In this document: piece after piece, positions 12,940 to 25,686 of the stretch
Layout of the letters: each line of letters starts with the position of its first letter
Position numbering within the stretch: the stretch's first letter is position 1
Source of the DNA: Octopus sinensis
Taxonomy: Eukaryota
DNA length: 64,000 bases
Assembly (NCBI RefSeq): GCF_006345805.1
Contig: NC_043005.1
Location: forward strand, 42,470,001 to 42,534,000
Direction: 5' to 3'
The notes under the pieces: generated by a model
Databases searched by the model: none
The model's input: the letters and a program-made list of their open reading frames with translations, nothing else
What the model was told of the DNA's origin: nothing
Program-made: the position numbers and the translations under genes

Positions 12940-13620
12940 AACGCAGATGTATAAAACTTAGGCTTCTGAATCATGCTAACTATCTGCAGGGAGATTTAGA
13001 GGAAACACTCGTATTCGCAAGCCATATTGTACTCTATGGAACAAGCTTCGAACTTTTAGGTCCCATGGTTAAAAAAGAAGACGCTCGGCAAATTGTGATA
13101 AAAAATTAGGAGAATAGTTTCCACACTATTTATTAATAGTAAAGAGCTACTAATAAAATGTGAAGACTTCATACTGTGATCTGACTTGACTAAAAGGTAG
13201 TTTTAATGTTGAGTTCATGATTGCCTTGGAGAAAGGCAACATAACGTAGGATTGAAAAATAGAAGTATTTAGGGAGTTGTTTGAGACATGAGGATGTCTC
13301 TTTCCAGAGATTGCAGACTATGTCGTAAGTTTCTATCTTACGCCTTGATGTTGTACGAGCTGGTATTGGACATACGAAAGACAAAAGTATAATTTGCGAA
13401 CTACAATGGAAAGCATAAAAATCTCACCCTGAATATAAACAGAGATTGAAAGACAAGGGCAGGGAGCAGAAAGATAATACAAAGTAAGAAAAAATGCAAA
13501 ATAGTTACTGCACGGTTGGAGTGGTTGCAAATGACCATAGTTTGGTGTAATTGCTGCATAGCTAACATGAGAAGAAAAGTCTCCTATAACGTTGCCTACA
13601 AAAGCATAACACATTCAGTG
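12940..13620 (+). pseudogene. Decayed transposable-element coding region (possibly PLE N-terminus)
   Basis: Homologous to 10030-10375 in inverted orientation; stop-riddled but protein-like frames continue to about 13620. Confidence 0.35.
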
Positions 13621-15693
13621 GAGCAACAACGTTACTAAGCACTACTAGAGGAAGCTATCCTTGTAGCTGTAGCAGAAATCATTGTGGTCTTCAACTCACA
13701 GCCGTTGAAAGTATTCTCCCAGAAAGCGAATTGCACGCGCACACATACATATACTAACATATGTTTAGTACATACTTTTATTGGGCAATGAGCACAAAAA
13801 GAAGACAGCTTAGTAGGAACAAGTTTTAACAAATGTCTTAGTTTAATGCTGAAAACGGAGGAAAAGCGTCTTGACGTTTCGGAGGTTAGGTGTTTATCAA
13901 AACGCTAAACGAATGAGGAAATATGGGAATATAAATTTAATGAGGAAAGATAGTTGAAAAATAAGCTTAGGGGTCACTTAGGAATATTGTTCTATGGGAA
14001 AGTTAGGAAGAAATGAGAATGTGGGGGGTGTTGTGTGCATGTATGAGAGGGTATTCGTAAACTAAGAAAAACGTGATGTTTAAGAAAAAGTAAATATCAA
14101 TGTATTAGACATCTAAAATGTCAAAAAAACATCTGTTCTACGGATTTGCACTGAATGAAACATATTAAATACCTCCTGATTCAATTTTAGAAAGGGTTCT
14201 TAATTTATGCAGAGAGCAACCAATTTTGAGAAAAGGTACGCTAAAGTAGAACAATTATTTAATGATGTTGTCCATTAAACATTTAGATTACCCTGTCAAA
14301 TGTAATGCTTATTTATTTACATTGTTTTGAAATAGCCATGCATCATCCTGTAACTTTGAGATTTCGATGATACGATTGTTTATTTTTAGAATGACCGTAT
14401 TGGGAGGTGCATTAGACTGAATCTGGCCAGTTTGAATATAAAATATTTGGGCAAGATATGGCCGAGTTAAATACTAAGGGGTTAAAAGAGAAATCAACTA
14501 CAGTGAGATCCGAACTTAAGTCCTATTTCAAGAACGATTACTTTACGATATTTCATAATAATTATTTCCATTTCGGTGAAGAGAACAGTCGCTCATGTCA
14601 GTTCCAGTACATGACTGTTAATTTATTTACTTGACGCTAGGAGGATGAAAAATAAATTTGACAGTATTTGAATTCAAAACATAAAGAGACGGAAAAAATA
14701 AAAGCTTAAAGGCTTTCTTTCCAAAACTTAAATGATCCTGTTACTCCAACATATATTATCATGTTTAATAATATGGAATTTTTTATAAGAGCTACCATAA
14801 TGACGTCAGCTTCTGTTTGCATAAAATGCTGTAACATGAATACGAATAATGACATTTTTTAGGATCGAAAGAATCGGCTGTTAACACTTTCATATGATTC
14901 TCATGTAGATCAGTGACTTTTTGCTCAGAAACATCTGCAGCCATTAATGTAAGTCAATACTGCAAATTTAGCGTACTGCAGAGGCATTTGTAATCTGTCT
15001 CTTTAGCTTTTCTCTTTACAATCATTCTACTATTTGCATGAATTTCTATGTTGCGACATCGAGGCTACATAGCAGCTGAATCACACACCGTTAGTTTTAT
15101 TTTACACAATTTTATTTCCATTAAATGCATTTTAATTTATTAATTGGGGTTTCCCAGTTCATTCGAACATTTCTAAAAGAGTTTATGCATTAAAGATATA
15201 ACCCTTATGTTTTCTTAATCTTTTGTTAAGTATTTTACGCATTAGATTTTCAGAGGACGCCATTGTTGAAGAAATGTGATACGCACTAGCACGTAGTTGT
15301 ATATGTATTTTTACCCGAATGTGCGTGTGGAAATTTATAGATATGTGTGTGTGCGCATGTGTGTGAGTGTGCATGTGTGTGCACGCGCACTCGTGTGCAT
15401 GCGGGCGCTCGCCTGCGTGCGTGCATGCATGCATACGTGCGCATGCGCACTTAGGTATATATATAGATAAAAAGATAGACAGGTAGATCGATAAAGAAAA
15501 TTTATGCGCGGGTATGTATATGTGCATATATCTATATATATATATATATACACATATATATATGTGTCTGTATGTATGTATATATATTATATATAATAAT
15601 AATAATTATATATATATATATATATAATGTATTTATATATATGTATTATATATGTAGATATATATGGATTTACATACACAAAATATGCATGCT

Positions 15694-15741
<48 letters not shown>

Positions 15742-15803
15742 CATACCTACATACATACAGACAGACATATATATTATTATTGGTGTTGGTGTTGTTGTTG
15801 TTG

Positions 15804-16190
15804 TTATTACCTCCGCCTTCGCTAAGGCGGAGGTATTGTTTACAGTCGTGTTTGTTTGTTTGCTTGTTTGTCTGTCCATGGACAAGATATCTCAAGAACC
15901 GCTTGATGGATTCGAATGAATCTTTCAGGGATGTTTAGCTTTCTAGCTGGCACGGACTGATTAGATTTTGGCATCCATCTGGTACCGGACAGGATTCTGG
16001 ATTATTTTTCCGTTTCTTTTTTACTAAAATTTTGAGAGCGGTCGGGTTCATCTTTTTGTATTCTCGTTTGTGAGAGCAGTTGAATTTATTTAAGATATTC
16101 TCATTTTTAAAATCATCTCCGACTAATCATTGAGATGACGTTCTTGAATTGCTTTGGCAGAGGTTTGCGCTCTCTGAGTGCTCTTGATAA
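15804..16190 (+). mobile_element. Non-autonomous Helentron-associated (HINE/DINE-1-type) element
   Basis: 5' TTATTACCTCCGCC...GGCGGAGGT inverted repeat, (GTTT)n tract, 3' sub-terminal GGCAGAGGT and hairpin GCGCTCTCTGAGTGC near the end. Confidence 0.75.
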
Positions 16191-16345
16191 TATTATCATT
16201 ATTATTGTTATTATTGTTATTATTATTACATATTATATATTTCTTTTATGTGCACGTGTGTGTTTGTTATAACAATGATTAAGATATATACTTAAAAGAA
16301 GCGTTTCTGATTCACTTGATAACGGTACTCAGACGTAAACTTGGC

Positions 16346-16448
<103 letters not shown>

Positions 16449-16834
16449 TAGATATATAAATATATATAAATACATACATATAATAATTGAAAGACAGATG
16501 GACTATACGAGAATTTATTATTAATCACGACAACTGTTCCGACACATCTAGCATCGATGCCTCTTGGGTGGGACACTCAACAATTGGTTCAGGAGCACCC
16601 GGTGGTGCAGATGTACCTCGTTGAATGATAAGTAAATAAAAACATCTCGTTAAAATGAATGTTCCACAATGTAACTTTCTGTTTTATAGAGAGTAAAACA
16701 GCCACACGGAAGAAAAATCTTCCTATATATAGAAGATCAAAAACAAAATTGCAGATGACAAAAGAGAAACGAACGCGTAATTCTTAAAGATGATTAAAAA
16801 GACATTCGATAAGTAGATTATCTCCCTTGTCTAG

Positions 16835-17894
16835 GCGGCTCTCCATGCAGACAATTCTACTTCCGCGGACTACCCATGCCATTGTTGTTGTGTGTCACGC
16901 TATATCATGAATGTTAAGTAGCTCGAGTTAAAGAATTATTTACGATTACATGGACAGTATGTTACTGGAAAAAAGGCGGATTTTGTTGAAAGGTCAAAAG
17001 GTATTAAAATTATTTCGATAAACAACGTCAATGAATTAAAATCAGTAGACGAGAAGTGAACTTCAGACCGGAATAAGCAGAGACTTGTATCTCCTCTCGA
17101 TGAAGTTTCACCTGATCCTAATGTGCTGAACTCAGATTGGACTAAAAATTGTAAGTTGCCGAATTAAGGAGTGGCATATTTTACCGTGACAGTCACGTCC
17201 ACAACATTGAATATCACGATGTTACCGAAAACTACTCTCACTGCATTGTCCGGTATGTGGTAATCCCGTCAAAACCAACATCTAGCAAAAAGAACAATCC
17301 TGATCACACAGTGTCAAAGGTCACTGGCAATGTGCATTCAGCTGATTGCAACTGCACTGCAGGGAAAGAACCAGTTTAATTATTTTGACTTTTTTCCCTT
17401 CTAAAAAATAAATTGTATTTTTTATGGATGTAAATAAATAAATATATAATTAAAACAATAAATAATAAATAAATGAGACATAATTTTGAATATTTTTTAT
17501 TCCTATCATATTTATCAAATATGCACATCATATTTATCAAATAGCACAGTCACATACACATATCTGAAGTTTATCTAATAAACGGATGGCTACGGGTGAT
17601 CTGTCGATGTTCCATTAGAATTGACGAAATGCTGGGAGCAAATCTGGCTATTTGCCGTGTAAACAAAGTCTTTCCTCGCAAGTCTCAATCTCTGAAGCCA
17701 AATACGACGAATAGCGACGTTTGCAAGGTATCTATGAAGTGAAATAACTTTGCCGTCTATATTCTTTCCTCTATAATTGCTGCATATACAACAGTATTTG
17801 CGCGATTTCTTCGGAGACATCATATTAACTGGTCATATAGCCTCTGAGTCGTTAGCCCGCGGAAGTAAATGCAAGTTACCTACGGGAGAGTTCC
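16835..17894. mobile_element. Internally deleted ISL2EU/Harbinger-like element with convergent SAP-SWIM (+) and THAP (-) frames
   Basis: Plus strand about 16915-17370: ELKNY.LRLHGQYVTGKKADFVER (SAP), then VHSADCNCTAG (SWIM start). Minus strand 17590-17823: THAP. Diverged TIRs share CTCTCC and TACTTCCGCGG. Confidence 0.6.
17590..17823 (-). CDS. THAP zinc-finger ORF (transposase N-terminus, truncated)
   Basis: KYCCICSNYRG...SLHRY...RRIWLQRLRL...SQICSQHF matches the C2CH THAP signature. Confidence 0.8.
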   Translation of the reverse strand: MMSPKKSRKYCCICSNYRGKNIDGKVISLHRYLANVAIRRIWLQRLRLARKDFVYTANSQICSQHFVNSNGTSTDHP

Positions 17895-18009
17895 AATCAG
17901 GGGCGGATAAACACCTTATCGGAATGACCTTCTCTCTACTTTGTTCACATATCGAGTGACGATGCTGTACTCTTTCATGCCTGACGATACTGTCCACATG
18001 CAGGTGCTG

Positions 18010-19265
18010 GGACATACAGCTCTCTCCCTTAAAGTATCTATGATGGCCTGCTAGAAACTATAGAATTTCTTACCTGTCGTGGAAGAACTGGATATGGTTC
18101 CGATTACTCAAGAGAGGATGAAAATCATCGACAACTGGCCTTCCGGCAAGACTCCATGTTTGGAAACAATCAGGTAGAAACAAACAGATATGCAAAGGCT
18201 GTATTATTAAGCGACTTGCACGAAATACTTACAGTACCAATGGCGGAAAAAAGTGGACAGTATCGCCAGGTATGAAAGCGTACAGCATCGTCACTCGATA
18301 TGTGAACAAAGTAGAGAGAAGTAACTGTAACAACTATAAGGTAACGTATTTTTGATCATCTTTAGGAAAGTATACACCTGCATGTTTCAGAACAGAATAC
18401 AGAAAATCGCACAAATGATATATCCTGTGTTTCTATATTGATTTCGATTAGAACGATCCGCAAATGATGAAATCCTTTCCTTTCGAGAATTAAATGAAAA
18501 TGCAGAGATCAAAAAGTACTGCTTCATACCACATTTGACATCACGACGGCTTTCAGCCTTGTGAGTAGAAACGACCTGTTTAGAATTCCCTTAAAGATTG
18601 GTTGTCGCCCGAGGCTCCGCTGTATAGTTCAGTCATTCCATTCAGACATGAAGGACGTTATTATGTTTGACGGCTCATTGTCAGTGGACTCCAGCATGCA
18701 CAGCAACGTGTAACAAGGTTGTGTGCTCCGTATATTCTTTATAGTCACGTTTATGCACACCTTTAGAAGATGATGGATTCTCACATCGATTGCGGTGTAT
18801 GGGCGGCATCATGTTATTCGATCATCCGGACAACTACATATTAAATTAGCATTCGAAGCGGTTGAGTATTCCGCAGAAAAGTGTAGTCTTAATGTATTTC
18901 TCAGATTCAGTCTATGTACCACAGATCTGACTAGGTTAGACCTTTGACTAACAGGCATGGTCCATCAAATAGCTTCCATAGAGTTTCCGTTTCCCTAACT
19001 GCTAATAAGGTATGTGTCAACACTATGTTATAGCAAATGCATTTTCCTGTGTTGACACGCAGCGGAATCGAACCCAGGACTACGTCGATTATAAACTGAA
19101 GGTGTTCGCATTCACGCCAGTTCGGACAGTCAACTGCAACACTTTATAGAAAGCTTCACAAGAACTACCAGAAATTCAGCTTGATCATCAACCTGAAGAA
19201 GAGCTAGGTGTCGGTCCAAGGTATTGAAAAATTTAAAGACATATCCTTAAAGAAATTGCGAACTA
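18010..19265 (+). pseudogene. RTE-clade LINE reverse-transcriptase relic
   Basis: LPVVEELD...IIDNWPSGKTP; IVTRYVNKVERSNCNNY; FDITTAFSLVSRNDLFRIPLKIGC...FDGSLS...NV*QGCVL; QLQHFIESF...IINLKKS. Confidence 0.85.
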
Positions 19266-20644
19266 GGGGCAGGCCATGTCTTCATACACTCAAACACACA
19301 CACACACACTCACACACACACTCACACACACACACACACACACTCACACACACACACACATATATACATATATACACACATAAATCCACGAATATACATG
19401 AATGCAGGCATGCATACACACATACATACATACATACACACATACATACATACATACATACATACATACATACATACATACATACATACATACACACACA
19501 CATACATACATACATACATACATACATACATACATACATACATACATACATACATACATTTATGTACACAGTTATGCGATGCTTGCCTCATCTTGCCAGA
19601 TGACTCGTATTATTTTGACTGCTAGTTTTATATCAGAGTAACTTTTTCTTTAAAGCGCTACCTTACCCCAATGCGTTGTCAAAATTAACAGAAGCCACTG
19701 CTACTCCTGGGAAACATATTTAACGCATGCAGGGGACCCCGACAGGTACTAATGTTCCGGATCAGAACGGACCTGAGCGTAATAGTAATTAAGGGGCGAC
19801 ACAATTTCTGAACTCCTGAACCGGAGTCTCATCGCTAGGTGCAATTTAATGTCATACGCAGGACAAATACAGTTCGATACATAGACACATATGTACACAC
19901 ACTGTGCTTTGTGAGCATACATAGATGCATTTAAAGACATTCGAATGTGTACATATTGAAATTTTCTTAAGTGTTGGAGTCTTTATGATGTAAACTAATA
20001 AGTTATATGAAAAATCTATATAAAGTATAATAGCTGAGAAAGTATGATAAATAAAGTATGATAGCTCATACGTGAAAATAATACTCTTAGAATAATGCAA
20101 ATATATGCAGTTATGTGATGATATAGATTTAGTTTCGCATAATGTGGTTGTTAACATGTAAATATATATTGTAAAGTGAATCTTGTAGCGTGTAAACGAG
20201 GAAATATTGAATTAATGACAGGAGGAAATAATTATGATAATGATCTCTTTTGATTTGGCACAAGGACAATATATTTTAATGGTGAGTAAGGGAATGGAAT
20301 CTCTCATGGTGACAGGTAGCGTGCGGGGTGAGGTTAAAAGGAAATTGAAATCGAACGGTATTTGAAATCTTAAGTTAAAAACTTGGATGCACGTATGGTT
20401 TCTTGTATTCTGATTTATCTGAAATTTTTCTGTGAGGAAGTGGGTACTGGTTTCTGACAGAGATACAAAGCCTGTTATCTAAATATAGATGACAAAAACA
20501 AACTCAAACTCTAAAATTGCAAAAGTCTTGTATATATTTACTGTTCCATTTACAAATTGTATTTCTAATGTGTGCAAGAGCTGGTTGATTTCTTTTTCTA
20601 AAGTGCCCAGCTAATCCAGATTGCCACTTTGGTATTTACTCACA

Positions 20645-20880
20645 AAAGGCGGCTAGCTGGCAGAAATGTTAGCACGTCGGACGAACTGCTTAGCGGTATT
20701 TCGTCTGCCGCTACGTTCTGAGTTCAAATTCGGCCGAGGTCGACTTTGCCTTTCATCCTTTCCGGGTCGATGAAATAAGTACCAGTTACGCACTGGGGTC
20801 GATATAATCGACTTAATCCGTTTGTCTGTCCTTGTTTGTCCCTTCTGTGCTTAGCCCCTTGTGGATAGTAAAGAAATAGG
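20645..20880 (+). mobile_element. SINE F2, full length
   Basis: AGGCGGCTAGCTGGCAGAA...CGAGGTCGACTTTGCCTTTCATCCTT...AAAGAAATAGG. The central GACTTTGCCTTTCATCCTT block resembles the MetaSINE domain (recall). Confidence 0.9.
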
Positions 20881-21111
20881 TATTTACTCACAAAACCAAA
20901 CTACATCAAATATCATTGGTATGAATTTGAATATATATAATCTGGGTATATGATGTATCCTCCTTCTCCAATGTCGTGGCACTGACACGATATCGTGACG
21001 GATGGTTTTGATACACTGTACCAGTGGTGTAACAGTAAACAAGATAACGATGCAGCCGTAGTAACAACGTAACATTGCAGCAATATCTTCAGGAACCAAC
21101 AGTCAATATTC

Positions 21112-21442
21112 CAAACGAACTAGCCAACCGACACCTTCCAACTACGAAGTTCTTCCCCGCCCAGCTTATTCCATAGACATTCCTCCAACTGACTACAACT
21201 TTATCGAGCACCTTGATGGTTTCCTGCGAGAAGAGGAGTTCAAAAATGAAACCGATGCTGAAAGTGCGTTCAAAGATTTCATCGACTCCAGAACCCCAGA
21301 TTTTTATGTTACCAGAATAAACAAACTTGTAATTCGTTGGCAAAACTGTGTTGATTGTAATGGTATTTTTTTTATGTATAAAATTTCCGCTTTGTCATGA
21401 ATTTCATGTTTCAAAACGTTGCTTACTTTCTATTCAACCTGA
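21112..21442 (+). mobile_element. Mariner 3' fragment
   Basis: YEVLPRPAYSIDIPPTDYNFIEHLDGFL...NKLVIRWQNCVDCNG; TIR-like TACTTTCTATTCAACCTGA followed by TA. Confidence 0.8.
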
Positions 21443-21475
21443 TATATATAAGTAAATACATTATATAAACAAGTG

Positions 21476-21529
<54 letters not shown>

Positions 21530-21586
21530 TGTTTGTTTGTATTCCACCTGCCTTCGTCTTTTGTTTATTTTCATAAAGCTTCCCGT

Positions 21587-21617
<31 letters not shown>

Positions 21618-21635
21618 CTTGGTACACACATATAC

Positions 21636-21667
<32 letters not shown>

Positions 21668-21821
21668 GTATGTATATGTCTGTACGCAAATGTACATATT
21701 GTGTAATATATAAGTGTGTACCTAGAAACTTGCATACATGATAGCTTAGAGATATACATACCATGACAATGCATTGTATAAATACATACATGCGTACATG
21801 CATACAGGTCATACAGTTCAT

Positions 21822-22082
<261 letters not shown>

Positions 22083-22258
22083 TACACACACACATTTACC
22101 GGTAAAGTGAGAAAAAGAGGAAGAAAGGAGAAAGAGTGAGAGAAAGGGGCAGAGAGAGAAAAAAAAGAGGATGTAATGCCTGCATTTGCTCATCGTTATC
22201 AGTCCAAACCTTATTCATTTATTAATCTATAAATAGCAAATAGTTATATGCTTTAGAT

Positions 22259-22474
22259 CAGGGGTGGGCAAACTTTTTTGATCGCGGGCCGCACAGTGCG
22301 TCTTTGGAACCTTGGCGGGCCTCATTTATAAAAATCAAGTGAAAATATTGTGAATTACCGTACAGTTACGAAGTATCTGCATAGAAGTTGGGATTCATAA
22401 AAGCTCTCGGCGGGCCGCATGAAAACCTATGGCGGGCCGCATGCGGCCCGCGGGCCGTAGTTTGCCCACCCCTG
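22259..22474. mobile_element. hAT-type MITE (216 bp)
   Basis: TIR CAGGGGTGGGCAAAC / GTTTGCCCACCCCTG; exact 8-bp target duplication CTTTAGAT on both sides. Confidence 0.95.
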
Positions 22475-23371
22475 CTTTAGATTATGACGTTACATCTCCG
22501 GAATATAAGAAAAAATGTTCTCGATCCATTGAAGGATTGCGGTAAGTTACGTCAGAATAAATCAGCCTTATAGACACTGAGTCGTCGTTATCAAAAGGAA
22601 TTAACTGTAAATGTCTTCCATGAGAAATGTTAACGAAACTCTTTTGATCAGTCTTCTTTTGTGCTCAGCGAATGGCGACACAATCAAGCTGGATTCAGCA
22701 AGTGCTTGTGTATGTTACATAATATTCAATGTGTTAGATTACAAATACAGTCCACTTTCTGTTATTGAAACACGTAATCGGTCTGTGTATTTCAAATATT
22801 TAATCTTTATTTATGCTCGCAATCATACTCATTAGGATTATGAATTTTTCAAGACTTAATAATTCTGTAGTATAATTCGATGAATAATTTCATAAATGTC
22901 AAGAATCTAACTTCTTTTTTTTTTCTTTATTTGAAAAAAAAAACGTCACCCCCAACTTAAATCATGCAAAATTCTAGGCTGGTTCATAACTCCTGCTTAA
23001 GCTTTTACTAAACTTGGTGTACTTACTCAATGTAATGCAGAAAGTATAAATCTGCAATTTCAGGTTTCTAGTTGAAGTAGTTTCGGAGTTATGGGTTTTT
23101 AAAACAATGATTACTAGGTGACACTAGATTCTCACTTCACTGTTTCCGCAGTCAAAATCCTTGTAAACGCAAGAGAGATGTGAAATAAAAGTGTATTTAT
23201 ACATTTTTAAGATTACTGAATTGAAATTGCTCTATGAAAATGTTCAAAACTATGCTATTTTAAGGCAGAGGCCACATACGATAACATACACAATTAAAAA
23301 CCATACATATTTTTAACTTTATCGGTTGACTTCCAATTTTAAATAACTGAATAAGAAAAGGGTGCTGAATG

Positions 23372-24990
23372 TTAGCAAATTTTTAAACATAACAAAGAAT
23401 TAATATGTTTTGTTAGATAAAATAAATCGAAGCTGAGGTTTCTCCTTTTTACAAACAACATAAATATCTTGAAGGCACTTAATTCCTCGTTCTGTACTCT
23501 GATTTGTTCTGGGAATTTCCTGTTTTTATGGTTCTCGACTCCAAAAAATTTTTTTACAGAGTTCAGTGCTTTTTTATGAACTTGCAGGCTACCACATAAC
23601 TTCTGATATTCATGTGCATTGAACATTTGGTCAGTAAACCAAAAATCTGCCCAACTGTAACAGATGTAACGACAAACATTGAGAAGCAAACCTCTTTTCT
23701 CTGGTAGAAGAATAAATGCCAAAAGAGTTGGAATTGCTCGAGAATTCCATTACTTAAGAATTGCATTACTTAAGTTGGGTATTTGTTGAAACTTTACAGT
23801 AAGAAATTTGCCGGTTTCTTCAAAGAAACGAAAAACTCTGGTCAAATGAAATAGAAATTTCATGTCATCTCGCCATCCTGCTGATTCAGTAATCTTTTCT
23901 TCACCATTGTTGAAATTAGCCTGGAGTTTCTCGTAATTACTTAGAAGCTCTGGGATGAATGTATATTCAATATTGGGAGATGACTTTTTTTCTCCAAGTT
24001 CGTTATCCATTACAACATGAAGAACTCTATCAAGAATATGATGCTGACAACCTATAAATGGCAGTTCTTTCAACCCCTTTTAGCAAACAGTCTTTGAGAC
24101 TGAATGACAATGCCTTTTCTTTTTTCAGTGTTCATACTCGTTGTATCAGCGGCAGTCATCTTTACATAGTTCCATAAATTGTATTCATCTAAAACAGCAG
24201 TTATTCCTTTCACAACAGTATCGGAAAAACCGATACTGTTGTGAAAGGCGGTGAGCTGGCAGAATCATTAGCACACCGGGCGAAATGCTTGGCGGTATTT
24301 TGTCTGCAGTTACGTTCTTAGTTCAAATTCCGCCGAGGCCGACTTTGCTTTTCATCCTTTCAGGGTCGATAAATTAAGTACTAGTTACGCACTGGGGGTC
24401 GATGTAATCGACTTAATACCTTTGATCTTGTTTGTCCCCTCTATGTTTAGCCACTTGTGGGCAATAAAGAAATAAGTATTGTTTTTTTTTTCCCGTTTGG
24501 TGATTGGAGTGCTTCTAACTTAACTTCCATCTGTTCATTCTTTAAAACTAGCACTTGGTATTCTTGAATCATCAATACGTTCATCTTCAAAATGCAATGA
24601 CCAGTTTTCTAAATGTTTTTTCTTCATTTTCTTTTTTAGTTTAACAGCTTCTTTGAAAGTCGATGTGTAAATACCAGATTGGGAAGGAGTCTCGACATTG
24701 ATTCCATTTTGAGATAATTGTCGATTAACTGTTGCTATTTTTCGGGTTGATAGCTTGGTTGCAGTTCCAATTTTGCTATACTACCTCCTTGATTGTGTGG
24801 ATTCTTTATCTGATTTTTCGGACTCTTGATATTCACTTTCAGTCTCTGCTTCAGACGGTGACGATGATACTGATGATGCTTCTTACCACATATCTACGTC
24901 TGCTTCCCCTCACCGACAAAGGAAATGGATCTTCAGTTTCTACGATGAGTATGCAGTCGTTCTATCTGCTAAACTGCCAATTCGTTGAAT
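23372..24990 (-). pseudogene. hAT-superfamily (hATm-like) transposase relic, interrupted by a SINE
   Basis: TPSQSGIY; WSLHFED; EYQVLVLKNE; ADTTSMNT; GCQHHILD; WRDDM; LSNA/WNSRA. The D-T-T, CxxH and RDD motifs fit hATm-like proteins (recall). Confidence 0.65.
24243..24476 (+). mobile_element. SINE F2 inserted in the hAT-like transposase
   Basis: Full F2 head to tail; 19-bp fold-back at its 5' junction. Confidence 0.9.
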
Positions 24991-25003
24991 AAGCGTTTAA
25001 ATC

Positions 25004-25686
25004 AATGTTTCTCAACTAGGGTCCATATGGCCCTTGGAGGTCCATATAAGATTTTGTCGTTAAATTGGTTATACTTCTACAATACACAAAATATTTTAAC
25101 AATTTAGGCGCAGGAGTGGCTGTGTGGTAAGTAGCTTGCTTACCAGCCACATGGTTCCGGGTTCATTCCCACTGCGTGGCAATTTGGGCAAGTGTCTTCT
25201 ACTATAGCCTCGGTCCGACCAAAGCCTTGTGAGTGGATTTGGTAGGCGGGAACTGAAAGAAGCCCGTCTTATATGTGTATGTATATGTGTTTGTATGTGT
25301 GTGTGTATGTGTGTGTATACGTTTGTGTGTCTGTGTTTGTTCCCCCAACATTGCTTGACAACCGATGCTGGTGTGTTAACGTACCCTTTTCTTAGCGGTT
25401 CGGCAAAAAGAGACCGATAGAATAAGTACTAGGCTTACAAAGAATAAGTCCTGGGGTCGATTTGCTCGACTAAAGGCGGTGCTCCAGCATGGCCGTAGTC
25501 AAATGACTGAAACAAGTAAAAGAGTAAAAGAGTAATCTTTAAATGCAATTCCTAATAATATCTAATTATGAAAGTATAAGAGTTTTTAAGCATCGAATGG
25601 CAATGAGGATCCTTCAGAATAAAGTAAGAATCAAAGCGGTTCCTATGTAAAAAATAAAAATAAAAATAAACGGTTGAGAAGAACTT
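25004..25686. mobile_element. hAT-type MITE split by a SINE F1
   Basis: Ends CAATGTTTCTCAAC and GTTGAGAAGAACTT; possible degraded target duplication GTTTAAAT/GTACAAAT. Confidence 0.55.
25106..25534 (+). mobile_element. SINE F1, full length
   Basis: AGGCGCAGGAGTGGCTGTGTGGTAAG head, GGTTCATTCCC B-box-like motif, internal microsatellite, (AAAGAGTA)n tail. Confidence 0.92.
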
